Origin: Clostridia bacterium
GTDB lineage: Bacteria > Bacillota > Clostridia > Christensenellales > UBA1242
Reading direction: 5' to 3'
DNA: 64,000 nucleotides
Assembly (NCBI GenBank): GCA_017409005.1
Contig: JAFQTP010000002.1
Location: 162,943-226,942 of the forward strand
Every line of letters begins with the position of its first letter. The first letter of the stretch is position 1. The translations under genes were made by a program, and so were the position numbers. This document shows positions 18,280 to 27,627 of this stretch, in pieces. Below the pieces are notes generated by a model. That model ran no database searches, was not told where the DNA came from, and saw only the letters and a program-made list of their open reading frames with translations.

Positions 18280-19858
18280 TAAATATGCACCTCCAGTTAA
18301 TTCTGGCAAAATAAAACAATCCGACCATGTTATGGCGGTAAAAATAAAAACCGAAAGTAATGGCTTGGGTGCACTTAAAACCTTAGCTGTTGTGGGGTTA
18401 ATTGTAATTCAGGCGGTAGTTTTAATTTTATCTTTTATCTATTTTTTAACTCCGTTTCAATGGTACTTTGTGTTGTCGCTTGTTTTAACATTAATTTCGT
18501 GTATCCACGTTTTATCTAGCGATTTTCATGGGCAAGCAAAAGCCACTTGGGTTCTGTTTTTGCTTGTGTGCTTTAGTTTTGGCTTTTTTATTTACCTAAT
18601 TTCAAACAAACAAGTGTTGTTTGCAAAATCAAAACAAAAATATTCTAAAATTTTTAGCAATTCGCAAAAAATTTTACCACAATCAGATTTGGCAGAATTA
18701 ACCAGTCAAGATAAAGCTATTTGTAACTATTTATATAACACTGGTGGGTTTAGGGCAAACATTAATAACTCTAAAACAACCTACTATTCAAGCGGCTATC
18801 AGTTTTACGATGCCGTTTTAGACGAAATTAAAAAAGCAAAAAAGTTTATATTTTTCGAGTTTTTTATAATTTCCGATGGCGTGCTTCTTAACCGCCTTTT
18901 AAAGGTTTTAAAACAAAAAGCATCTGAGGGTGTTGATGTTAGAATTATCTACGACGATATGGGAAGCCACAGCACACTAAGTGAAAAAACTAAAAAACAA
19001 ATTTCCTCGTCAGGCATAAAACTTTTAGCGTTTAACCGCTTAGTTCCGCTGTTTAACATTGCATTAAATTTACGTAACCACCGCAAAATTGTGGTTGTAG
19101 ATGGTTTGGTTTCGTTTACAGGTGGAACAAATTTAGCCGATGAATATGTTAACGAAAAACGCATGCATGGCTATTGGAAAGATACTGGCATTAAAATTGA
19201 GGGTCCGGCAACCGATAATTTAACCTTGTCAGTATTACATCAGTGGGAGTTTTTAACTGGTAAAACACAAGATTATAGTCAGTTTTTAAACCTAGCAAAA
19301 CAAGTTAAGATAGCAGGCATGGTTGTGCCGTTTGTTAGCGGACCTAACTACGATTTTTCGATTGCTCAAAACATGTATGCTAACCAAATTGGCAACTCTC
19401 ACGAAAAATTGTGGATTATGACCCCTTACTTTATTCCAGACGAAACAATTATGAATTTAATTATAAACAGGGCACGTGCCGGTGTTGATGTTCGAATTGT
19501 TCTGCCTGAGGTTGCCGATAAAAAATTTGTTTATTTTGTTTCAAGAAACAATGCTGAAAAACTAATTAAATATGGCGTTAAAGTTTACACCATGACACAT
19601 AGTTTTGTTCATGCCAAAGTGGTGTTAAACGAAACCTCGGCAATTGTTGGTTCAATTAACTTTGACCTTAGAAGTTTTAATCAGCAATTCGAAAGCGCGG
19701 TGTTTACCACTGAAGAGCAAACCCGAAAAAGTGTTGCTCTCGACTTTGAAAACACTTTCGAACGTTCAATTGAGGTAATAGATAAAAACAAAAAGCGTAA
19801 TAGTGTGTTATATCGTATTATTGCGGGCACGTTTAACATTATTTCGCCGTTTATGTAA
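18269..19858 (+). CDS. cls: cardiolipin synthase
   Basis: Two PLD HKD motifs (NHRKIVVVDG... and HAKVVLNETSAIVGSINFD) plus N-terminal TM helices. GGAGG RBS before the ATG at 18269. Confidence 0.9.
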   Translation: MKNNKYAPPVNSGKIKQSDHVMAVKIKTESNGLGALKTLAVVGLIVIQAVVLILSFIYFLTPFQWYFVLSLVLTLISCIHVLSSDFHGQAKATWVLFLLVCFSFGFFIYLISNKQVLFAKSKQKYSKIFSNSQKILPQSDLAELTSQDKAICNYLYNTGGFRANINNSKTTYYSSGYQFYDAVLDEIKKAKKFIFFEFFIISDGVLLNRLLKVLKQKASEGVDVRIIYDDMGSHSTLSEKTKKQISSSGIKLLAFNRLVPLFNIALNLRNHRKIVVVDGLVSFTGGTNLADEYVNEKRMHGYWKDTGIKIEGPATDNLTLSVLHQWEFLTGKTQDYSQFLNLAKQVKIAGMVVPFVSGPNYDFSIAQNMYANQIGNSHEKLWIMTPYFIPDETIMNLIINRARAGVDVRIVLPEVADKKFVYFVSRNNAEKLIKYGVKVYTMTHSFVHAKVVLNETSAIVGSINFDLRSFNQQFESAVFTTEEQTRKSVALDFENTFERSIEVIDKNKKRNSVLYRIIAGTFNIISPFM

Positions 19859-19861
19859 TTT

Positions 19862-19889
19862 AAAAAGCACCAAATTATGGTGCTTTTTT
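19862..19889 (+). terminator. rho-independent terminator after cls
   Basis: AGCACCA-AATTA-TGGTGCT plus T5-6. Confidence 0.85.
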
Positions 19890-19905
19890 GTTTAAACTTT
19901 TCACA

Positions 19906-19922
19906 TTTACAAAACTTTAACA
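19906..19922 (+). promoter_or_regulatory. direct-repeat box TTTACAAAACTTTAACA upstream of 20009..20763
   Basis: One mismatch to the 17-mer. The proximal repeat starts 37 nt upstream of the TAAAAT -10 (19954-19959). Confidence 0.5.
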
Positions 19923-20008
19923 AAACAATAACATTAAAAAAATAAAATATTTGTAAAATGGAAATACTGGTTGAATATAATATTGTTGTAAAAATAAGGA
20001 GAAATTTT

Positions 20009-20362
20009 ATGACAAATTTAAACGAAAAACAAGCAGTTGAAAAAATTAGAAACAACTATATTGCAAAAACTGAAGAGGTAACTAAATTTGAGGAACTTAA
20101 ACAACTTGATAAAAAAGTTAAACGTCCTGCTCAAATTTTTGGTTATACCTATGGCTCAGTTGGTGCATTGGTGTTAGGAACCGGAATGTGTTTAGCCATG
20201 AAAGTTATTGGCAACTTAATGCCACTTGGAATTGTTGTTGGGCTTTTGGGCATTGCAATGGTGTGTTCAACATATCCAATTTATCAAAAAATGCTAGCAA
20301 AACGCAAAGCACAATATTCTAGCCAAATATTACAAAAAAGCGACGAGTTGTTAAACAACTAG
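20009..20362 (+). CDS. small two-TM membrane protein (paralog of 17355..17756)
   Basis: AAGGAG RBS before the ATG at 20009. C-terminal QYSSQILQKSDELL matches the paralog. Confidence 0.7.
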   Translation: MTNLNEKQAVEKIRNNYIAKTEEVTKFEELKQLDKKVKRPAQIFGYTYGSVGALVLGTGMCLAMKVIGNLMPLGIVVGLLGIAMVCSTYPIYQKMLAKRKAQYSSQILQKSDELLNN

Positions 20363-20391
20363 CAGCCTAAAAAATAAAGGAGGAAAGTAAC

Positions 20392-20763
20392 ATGGCAAAA
20401 AAAGAAAAAGAAGTAAAAAAAGACAGCGTAGTAAAAAAAGTGGGAACATTTTTTAAAGACGCTTTTTCAGACATGGCTCAAAGTGCTAAAGAACAACACG
20501 AAGTTGACAAAGCAAACTTTGAAGCTGTTAAGGCAGAAAGCAAAGCAAACTTTGAAGAAAATCGTTTTACTCACACCTATGCAAAAGCTAAAGCCGACGC
20601 TAAAAAAAGTTGGGACGATGCTCACATGAGTCCTAAAGAACGTCAAGCAAAAATTAGAGAACAACAACAAGTTCAAATTGCTGAAGCAAATGCCAGACGT
20701 GAAGCTGCAACTGCTAAATATGACGAATTAAAAGCAGTTAGAGAATCTAAAAAGAAAAAATAA
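20392..20763 (+). CDS. hypothetical Lys/Glu/Ala-rich soluble protein
   Basis: 123-aa ORF with AAGGAGG RBS and a terminator downstream. Confidence 0.65.
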   Translation: MAKKEKEVKKDSVVKKVGTFFKDAFSDMAQSAKEQHEVDKANFEAVKAESKANFEENRFTHTYAKAKADAKKSWDDAHMSPKERQAKIREQQQVQIAEANARREAATAKYDELKAVRESKKKK

Positions 20764-20860
20764 ACAATCTTTAATTAAAAATTATAATCTTATTAAAAAT
20801 CTATAAAATAAAAAATTAAAAATCCAAAAAAATAAAATCCTAAAAATAAATCCTAAAACA

Positions 20861-20897
20861 AAAACTGAAGCGTGTTCCCTCATCGCTTCAGTTTTTG
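20861..20897 (+). terminator. rho-independent terminator
   Basis: CTGAAGCG / CGCTTCAG stem plus T5. Confidence 0.8.
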
Positions 20898-20971
20898 TTT
20901 GTGCCTATTGACTTAGTGTTTTTAGGTTTGATATTATATATGTATAAAATTAAAGGGGAGGCAGGAAAGCG

Positions 20972-22177
20972 GTGTTAAACCTAACAGATGTTTTAGAACT
21001 TAAAAAAACAATGGGTTTAGGCAAATTTGAAAACTATTCTTGGGAAGACCTTTGTAAACTTATTAATCCTACTCAATTCTACTCGTTAGTTCGAACACCC
21101 GAAGAACTTAGAAGTTTTATGCAAGCACTAAGTTTTAATTTTTGTTTAAATAATGGTTGCACACCAATGCCATTAATGTTTTTATCCGACCCTAATGTTG
21201 ATGTTGCTTACACAACACGCAAAAATTTAAGCGGTGGAAAAAGCAAAATTGTGGTAAATCAAAACTATTCCACAATGTTAAGCCAAATGGCACACGAAAA
21301 AAACACATATTTCCCATACTTTTTGTTTGAAATAACACTTCACGAATCAATTCATGTGTGGCAAATTCAGGCGCTTTATAACATGCTTATGCTAAACAAA
21401 ATGCCTTCCGATATGCAAATTGCTGTTCTCGACCAAAAGTTGAATGAATTAAAAGTGCAGGCGTTGGCAAATGGGCAAATTAAAGCAACTGGTGCAAACG
21501 ATTTGGTTTCAAGCACTTTCATGATAGAAAAAGTTTTGCACAATGCGGCAAAACGAAGCGAAAATCCTTTGTGGGATTATTCTAATTCGCCGTCAGAAAT
21601 TGTTGCACGCGACCATGCATGTCAAGAACTTAACAAAATAGTTAAACAATTTGCACAACCTCAGTTTTTAGTGGTGCTTTCTGAATATGTTAAAGACTCT
21701 AACCATCAATCGTTTGCATTACTTACCGATAAGCAATTTAATAACTATAACTTTTTTGAAGAGCTAAAATATTGCAAACTTTTTGAAGATGTGCACGAAG
21801 TTAAAGCGCCATACGAACTTTTAAGCACCATTGTAGATGGGTCGCTTAAACGACAAAATCTTACCACATATTCCGATTATTTAAGAAAAACCGACGAAGA
21901 AATTTTGGTTAGAGAAATTGAAAAATTAGGCGGTTTAGTTGGCATGATTTTGGGCCCTGAAAAATATATTGCACAAGTTAAAAAACTAACAAACGATTTC
22001 GATGCCGATTGCATTAGTGCGCTTGCTGAAATGCAAAAAAGTTATACGGCACTTTTCCCCTACACTCACACGCTTGTGCAAGGTTATAATAAACCAAACA
22101 TGTTTATGCTATCCGACCAAGGCAGGTTCGATTTAATTGCATCGCATTTAAAAGCCTTACAACAAACAAAAAAATAA
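20972..22177 (+). CDS. hypothetical protein with HExxH motif
   Basis: GTG start with a GGGGAGG RBS about 10 nt upstream. Motif TLHESIHVWQ (HExxHVxQ). Confidence 0.6.
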   Translation: MLNLTDVLELKKTMGLGKFENYSWEDLCKLINPTQFYSLVRTPEELRSFMQALSFNFCLNNGCTPMPLMFLSDPNVDVAYTTRKNLSGGKSKIVVNQNYSTMLSQMAHEKNTYFPYFLFEITLHESIHVWQIQALYNMLMLNKMPSDMQIAVLDQKLNELKVQALANGQIKATGANDLVSSTFMIEKVLHNAAKRSENPLWDYSNSPSEIVARDHACQELNKIVKQFAQPQFLVVLSEYVKDSNHQSFALLTDKQFNNYNFFEELKYCKLFEDVHEVKAPYELLSTIVDGSLKRQNLTTYSDYLRKTDEEILVREIEKLGGLVGMILGPEKYIAQVKKLTNDFDADCISALAEMQKSYTALFPYTHTLVQGYNKPNMFMLSDQGRFDLIASHLKALQQTKK

Positions 22178-22201
22178 AGAGCACAAGTTTGTGCTCTTTT
22201 T
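22178..22201. terminator. bidirectional terminator
   Basis: AGAGCACAA-GT-TTGTGCTCT plus a T-run, between convergent genes. Confidence 0.8.
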
Positions 22202-22205
22202 ATTT

Positions 22206-22907
22206 TTAAAACTTGCCATCAAGTTCGTCTAACATTTGGTTGGTAAAAGTTTTCATAAAACTAATTCGTTCGTTAGCAAGTTTTTTGCCAGTTTTTGTGT
22301 TCATGTTTTTACCAAGTTTAAAAAGTTTGTGGTAAAAATGGTGTAAACTACTTGCGTCTTCAAAACCATTATCTTCGTTGTATGTGTCTGATGTGTCGAA
22401 CGGAACATTTGGGTTGTGCCAAGGAATGCCGTGTGTTGTTCCAAAATTGAAACATCTAACAATTCCAATTGCGCCAATGGCATCTAGGTTATCGGCATCT
22501 TGAACAATTAATGCTTCAATTGGTCGTTTGCAATTTTCAGGGTCGTTCCAGTTATATACTTCATGAAATTCTATACAATATAAAATTTGTTCAATTTCAG
22601 TTTCGGTTAGAGGTAGTTTTCTTAAAATTTTTTCTGCTGTTGGCAAACTTTGCTTTGGTGTAAAATATTTCCCGTTTTTACTTTGCAAAAAGCGGTGCAC
22701 ATCGTGCAAATATGCGGCAACGCCAACAACCACTTCGTTAATGTTTTCGGCACGTTGTTCCTTTTCGGCAATATAAAGTGCAGCTTTCATTGTTCTGGTT
22801 AAGTGGTCGGTGTTGTGTCCGCTGGTGTCGGCACCAAAAAGTTTTTCTACTTCTGGTGTTAGAATTGCAATATATTTTTCAAGTTTACTTTTTTCTTCTT
22901 TGGTCAT
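22206..22907 (-). CDS. HD-domain phosphohydrolase
   Basis: H...HD pattern (HNTDHLTR ... AAYLHDVHR ... QDADNLD). Confidence 0.8.
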   Translation of the reverse strand: MTKEEKSKLEKYIAILTPEVEKLFGADTSGHNTDHLTRTMKAALYIAEKEQRAENINEVVVGVAAYLHDVHRFLQSKNGKYFTPKQSLPTAEKILRKLPLTETEIEQILYCIEFHEVYNWNDPENCKRPIEALIVQDADNLDAIGAIGIVRCFNFGTTHGIPWHNPNVPFDTSDTYNEDNGFEDASSLHHFYHKLFKLGKNMNTKTGKKLANERISFMKTFTNQMLDELDGKF

Positions 22908-23084
22908 TTAAAACTCCTGTGTAAGCTGTTAAATAAAAATTAAAGTTTAATTGTTTGCTTACAAATCTATTTTAGCAAAACCATCATTTTTCTACAAACA
23001 TAGTTTTATATTTTTAAAATTAATTTTGGGTATTAAGTTTAACTTTGTTAAGTTATATGATAGAATAAGTAAGGTTTAGTTATT

Positions 23085-23810
23085 ATGAAAAAATTTGAAG
23101 TAGAAACCGAAAATTTAATATATGTTAAACACAACTTTTGGTTGCAATATCTTTCACGCGCAATAATTTTAATTTGTGCCTATATTGCAATTTTTATTAT
23201 TGGCTTTAGCATTATTTACGAAAGTGCACCAGTTTATGGTGTTAGCATGCAGCCAACGCTAAACCCATTGGGTAGCACTAAAAGCGACACCGTGTATATT
23301 AACAAATTTTCAAAAATTTCTTATGGCGATGTTGTGGTGTTAGAAAAAACATCGTCTATCGATATCAACCACATAATTAAACGTGTTATTGGTTTGCCTG
23401 GCGACACCATTGAAATTAAACAAGTTGCAGATGGTATTTTTGTTTTTAGAAATGGCGAAAAATTAGAGGAAGATTATATTTTTAACATTGCCACATCTGG
23501 CGACCCAAACAACAAGGGCATGGCTTCCACACTTGAGGCATATATACAGTTTAGGCACAATGTATACACAAATCCTGACAGTTACAGTGCAGTTTTTGAC
23601 AAAAACGGACGTTTAATCCTTCAAGAAAACCAGATTTTTGTGCTTGGCGATAATAGGGGCTATAGCCTAGATAGTTCGGTAGACGGACCTTACACATTAA
23701 ACGATGTTGTTGGAAAAGTTGATTTTGTTGTGCCATATGGCGTTGCTCCGTTTTACTATTTTCTAGATTATTTTACAGGCATTAATTTGCTTGGCGATTT
23801 ATTAAAATAA
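23085..23810 (+). CDS. lepB: signal peptidase I
   Basis: Catalytic Ser box GVSMQPTL, Lys box IKRVIGLPGD, GDNRGYSLDS box, N-terminal TM anchor. Confidence 0.9.
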   Translation: MKKFEVETENLIYVKHNFWLQYLSRAIILICAYIAIFIIGFSIIYESAPVYGVSMQPTLNPLGSTKSDTVYINKFSKISYGDVVVLEKTSSIDINHIIKRVIGLPGDTIEIKQVADGIFVFRNGEKLEEDYIFNIATSGDPNNKGMASTLEAYIQFRHNVYTNPDSYSAVFDKNGRLILQENQIFVLGDNRGYSLDSSVDGPYTLNDVVGKVDFVVPYGVAPFYYFLDYFTGINLLGDLLK

Positions 23811-23835
23811 AAGTTGCTGTTTGCAACTTTTTTTG
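23811..23835 (+). terminator. rho-independent terminator after lepB
   Basis: AGTTGC / GCAACT stem plus T6-7. Confidence 0.7.
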
Positions 23836-24008
23836 TTTAAGTTTTAAAAGGATTGCGTACTTTTATTTAAGTGGTGTTTTAACTCGACAAAAATTTTAAT
23901 TAATTTATTTAACTAATTTGTAACAAACTCAATTATGTTATATACTACTAATAAGTTAATTAAATGAAATATAATACATGTTTGTGTTATAAGTTTTAGG
24001 AGGCATAA

Positions 24009-27000
24009 ATGGAAAAATATGTTCCGCTAATTGTTGGTGGCGTGTTTATGTTATTTGTTTTGTTTGGTTTAATTTGGGGGCTAATTCGTGGACTTAAAAA
24101 ATCAACATTTCGTATTGGCTGGATTATTGTAACTGCTGTTATTCTATTTTTCTTAACACCAGTAATAACAATTGCCCTTATGAAAGTAGACATTAGCTTT
24201 TTAGGTATTGTTATTGAAGAAACCAAAATAACAACACTAAACCATTTAGTAGAAGTTGCTGTTTCACAAATTCCCGACTATGGCACATTGCTTACTAAAA
24301 ATCCAGAAACCTTAGAAATGCTTTTAACTTTGGTTACACTTTTTATTAATGCTTTTATTTATGTTTTGCTGTTTTGGATTGCAAAAATTGCACTATGGCC
24401 AATTTGGGCAATTTTAAGTGCAGTGTTAATTAAACGTAAAGATGTGCACGGAAACAAAAAACCAAAACACCGTTTGTTTGGAGCATTAGTTGGGGGTGTT
24501 GCAGGTGTTATGGTGGGTGCCACAACTTTAATGCCAATTATGGGCGTTGCTAATATGGCAAGCGAGGTTGAAGCCGAAACCTACGAAACCTATACTAAAA
24601 AAGTTGTAAATTCCGAAACCGGCGAGGAAGAAGAGGTTACGCTAGAGGGCGGACAAATTAGCCAATTGCTTGGCGAAGACGTTGCAAAATATTTAAACGC
24701 ATATTCTAATAGTTTTGTTTCTAAAGCGTTTAAATATACTGGAATCGAACTTTTAAACAATGCAACCTATTCAGGGCTTAGCAGTGCAACAATTGACGAT
24801 AAACGTATTGTTTTAAAAGACGAAGTTAAAACAATATTTAAAACCGTTGGTGCAGTTAACACATTAAGCAATTTAAACTTTGAAAATTTAACCAAAGAAA
24901 AAATTGCAAAAATTTTAACTGCTTCTAAAACACTTGTTAATCATGTTTTTGAAATTAACATTATTAACGCAATTGGCGATAATTTAATGCCAATTGTTAT
25001 GGACGAAATTTTAAATAATCCTAACTTTATTATAAAACTTCCAACCACAGGCACAAAAACTTTCGACGATGCAATTAAAGAAGGTTTTACCGAACTTCAA
25101 GATTTCAAATTTAGCAGTTTTAAAACCGAACTTTTAGCAGTTTTAGATGCTGCCGAAATTTTAAACAATTCGGGTGCTTTAGAAAAACTTGTTAACGATG
25201 CTGGTTTTCAAGATGTTTCAAAACTTTTAACTCCAGAAGTTATTGAAAGTTTTAATAACAAACTTTTCGAAATGCAAACAATGTCAACCCTAATGCCAAT
25301 TGCAGTAAATTCAGGATTAACATATCTTGCCGAAATGTTAGAGGTTGAAGATTTTGCAATTGATAAAGAAGCCGGAGACACTCAAGCGGTTAAAGAGCTG
25401 TTTAGTGGCATTACAAACACAATTTTTGCAATTAGCAATTCGCTTAATTTAGAAAGCAAATATTACATTACCGAAACAACATTGCCAACAGTCGGCAAAC
25501 TTTTAAATTCGGTTAAAGATTACGATGGTTTAACTTCTAGTAACTATCAAAAACTTGTTAATGCGGTTGAAAAAAAATTAATTGATCAAGCAACTGAAAT
25601 GCTAGAAGGTTTAAGTGAAGATTTTGAAGGTGTTAAAAACGAAATTTTAAATGCAATTAATAATTTAAGCCAAGTTAACAACTACGAAAACGATTTCACT
25701 TTAATTAATAATGCATATTCCGATATTATGATTGTTCTAGATGGTTTAACCGCTGAAGCAATGGAAATTAAATTAACCGAAGTGGGTTCGGTTTTAGATT
25801 CGTTTAAACGAACTCAATTATTTGGCAGTGCAGTTAACCCAATTATTGTAGAGGGTTTGAACTATGCAAAAACCACAATTCCTGAAGATTATTCCGAATT
25901 AAAAACCATTATTGATAATGTTAAAAATAACGTTCCAAACGTTGTTAGTTGGGAAACCGAACTTACACTTCTTAACGATATTGTTTCGGTTGCAACAAAA
26001 GTGTTTGAAGCGTCCGATTTAAAAACAGCATTACTTGCTTCCGATTCAACACTTCTTAAAGATTTGGGTAAAGGCCTAAACAGCCTAGAAAACAGCACTT
26101 TATTTGGTGGCGAAGTTAAAAATATTGTTTGTGTTTTACTAGACGAAGTTTCGGGTGTTGAAACCGATAATTCAAACATGCTTGCAACCACCATTACCGA
26201 AATTAAAGAAAACATTTCTAGTGCTGAAACAATTAATTGGGAGACTGAGTTCGAAACTTTAAAAACAATGCTTAATGGCTTAATGGATTTGTCGGACGAT
26301 AGTGCCGATAGCACAGCAATTACAAACGCTGGTGCAACACTAGACGATGTTGTTGCTGCTAATAGCGTGCTTGTAGACGAAGATGTTGTTAAAACAATTA
26401 TAACAACCACAATCGACCAATTTGCCGGAATAATTGAAACTGGTAGCGACTTAGAAAATGTGGTTAACAGCATTAAAACAACTTTAACCGAAACCGATGG
26501 TTTGTGTTATGAAAACGAACTTACAGCACTAAATAGTTTGTTTAACCAAATTGACGATGTTGATACATCAACCGATAATTTTTATTCCGATTTTGGTGCT
26601 ATTTTAGATAGCTACGATAAAACTTATGGCACCACACCAAGCATTGTTGTGTCAAGTGCAAGGCCAGAAATTGTTAAAATGGTTATTAACAAAGTAGACA
26701 CATCTAGCATGGATTCCGATATGGTTTCTATTGTTAATAAAATTAAAAACAACGTAGAAACTTTAGAATTGGCAAACAAGCAAAACAAATATAAATCCGA
26801 GTTTGAACACATTAAAACTTTTGTAGATAAGGTTAATAATTTAACACAAGTTGATGTTTCAACTTTTGAATTTGGCGAATTTGGAACTATGCTTGATGGA
26901 TTTAGTAATAGCATTTTGCTTGCACCAATTAGAACCGATGTTTTAAATTTTGTTGTTAATAAAGCACAAAGCAGTTTAACTAGCACAGTTACTAAAATAT

Positions 27001-27500
27001 CAGATGCAATAACCGAAATTTTAACTCACACAAAATCGCTTTCGGCTAGTGTTGATGCCGGGACCTTAACATACAATAAGATATTTACCGACTTAGGTTC
27101 AGTTAAAAATTTAACCGATAGTTTGGCAACTGTTGAAGTTAATCGTACTGCCGATGGCATTAATGCTATTACACAAATAGGTGCAACTTTAGATAGTTTA
27201 AATAGTTTAGTTGTTGTTCCTCAAATTGCAGCGGTTCGAATTGCCGAATATGCAACTAGCACAATTGTGGGCGATGATGGTGTTAAAGCAATTATGCCAA
27301 CTCCTCAAAACACAACCGAGGAAGCACAATTAAATGCAATTTATAACACAGCAATTGAAAATATTCAACCAATTCATAATAGTTACACATCGTACATTGC
27401 AAATCCAGATTCAACTCAGTTTAACTTTGCTTCCGATTTTGCAACAATTAGTGGTGTTATTAAATCTGCCGACGAAGCGTTAGTTTCTTTAGGAAAATAA
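24009..27500 (+). CDS. large membrane-anchored protein, unknown function
   Basis: 1163 aa with GGAGG RBS. The N-terminal approx. 170 aa has 4-5 TM helices (CvpA-like look). The remainder is hydrophilic, Asn/Thr/Ser/Glu-rich and helical in appearance. Confidence 0.75.
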   Translation: MEKYVPLIVGGVFMLFVLFGLIWGLIRGLKKSTFRIGWIIVTAVILFFLTPVITIALMKVDISFLGIVIEETKITTLNHLVEVAVSQIPDYGTLLTKNPETLEMLLTLVTLFINAFIYVLLFWIAKIALWPIWAILSAVLIKRKDVHGNKKPKHRLFGALVGGVAGVMVGATTLMPIMGVANMASEVEAETYETYTKKVVNSETGEEEEVTLEGGQISQLLGEDVAKYLNAYSNSFVSKAFKYTGIELLNNATYSGLSSATIDDKRIVLKDEVKTIFKTVGAVNTLSNLNFENLTKEKIAKILTASKTLVNHVFEINIINAIGDNLMPIVMDEILNNPNFIIKLPTTGTKTFDDAIKEGFTELQDFKFSSFKTELLAVLDAAEILNNSGALEKLVNDAGFQDVSKLLTPEVIESFNNKLFEMQTMSTLMPIAVNSGLTYLAEMLEVEDFAIDKEAGDTQAVKELFSGITNTIFAISNSLNLESKYYITETTLPTVGKLLNSVKDYDGLTSSNYQKLVNAVEKKLIDQATEMLEGLSEDFEGVKNEILNAINNLSQVNNYENDFTLINNAYSDIMIVLDGLTAEAMEIKLTEVGSVLDSFKRTQLFGSAVNPIIVEGLNYAKTTIPEDYSELKTIIDNVKNNVPNVVSWETELTLLNDIVSVATKVFEASDLKTALLASDSTLLKDLGKGLNSLENSTLFGGEVKNIVCVLLDEVSGVETDNSNMLATTITEIKENISSAETINWETEFETLKTMLNGLMDLSDDSADSTAITNAGATLDDVVAANSVLVDEDVVKTIITTTIDQFAGIIETGSDLENVVNSIKTTLTETDGLCYENELTALNSLFNQIDDVDTSTDNFYSDFGAILDSYDKTYGTTPSIVVSSARPEIVKMVINKVDTSSMDSDMVSIVNKIKNNVETLELANKQNKYKSEFEHIKTFVDKVNNLTQVDVSTFEFGEFGTMLDGFSNSILLAPIRTDVLNFVVNKAQSSLTSTVTKISDAITEILTHTKSLSASVDAGTLTYNKIFTDLGSVKNLTDSLATVEVNRTADGINAITQIGATLDSLNSLVVVPQIAAVRIAEYATSTIVGDDGVKAIMPTPQNTTEEAQLNAIYNTAIENIQPIHNSYTSYIANPDSTQFNFASDFATISGVIKSADEALVSLGK

Positions 27501-27527
27501 AAAGAAGAGCATTGCTCTTCTTTTTTT
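27501..27527 (+). terminator. rho-independent terminator after the 1163-aa gene
   Basis: GAAGAGC-ATT-GCTCTTC plus T7. Confidence 0.85.
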
Positions 27528-27627
27528 GTTATCAAATAAAATGTTAAATATAACATTCTTGACTAATTGTTAATTTAAAAGTAAACTATATAGGTAATAA
27601 TTAAATTTAAAGGTAACATTTAAAATA

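Noticed and set aside
20764-20860. Apparent short repeats (TTAAAAAT, AAATCCTAAAA) downstream of 20392..20763, and the (TTA)n-like run at 60640-60670.
   Set aside because: These are low-complexity AT-rich intergenic sequence. The repeats are short, imperfect and without consistent period.
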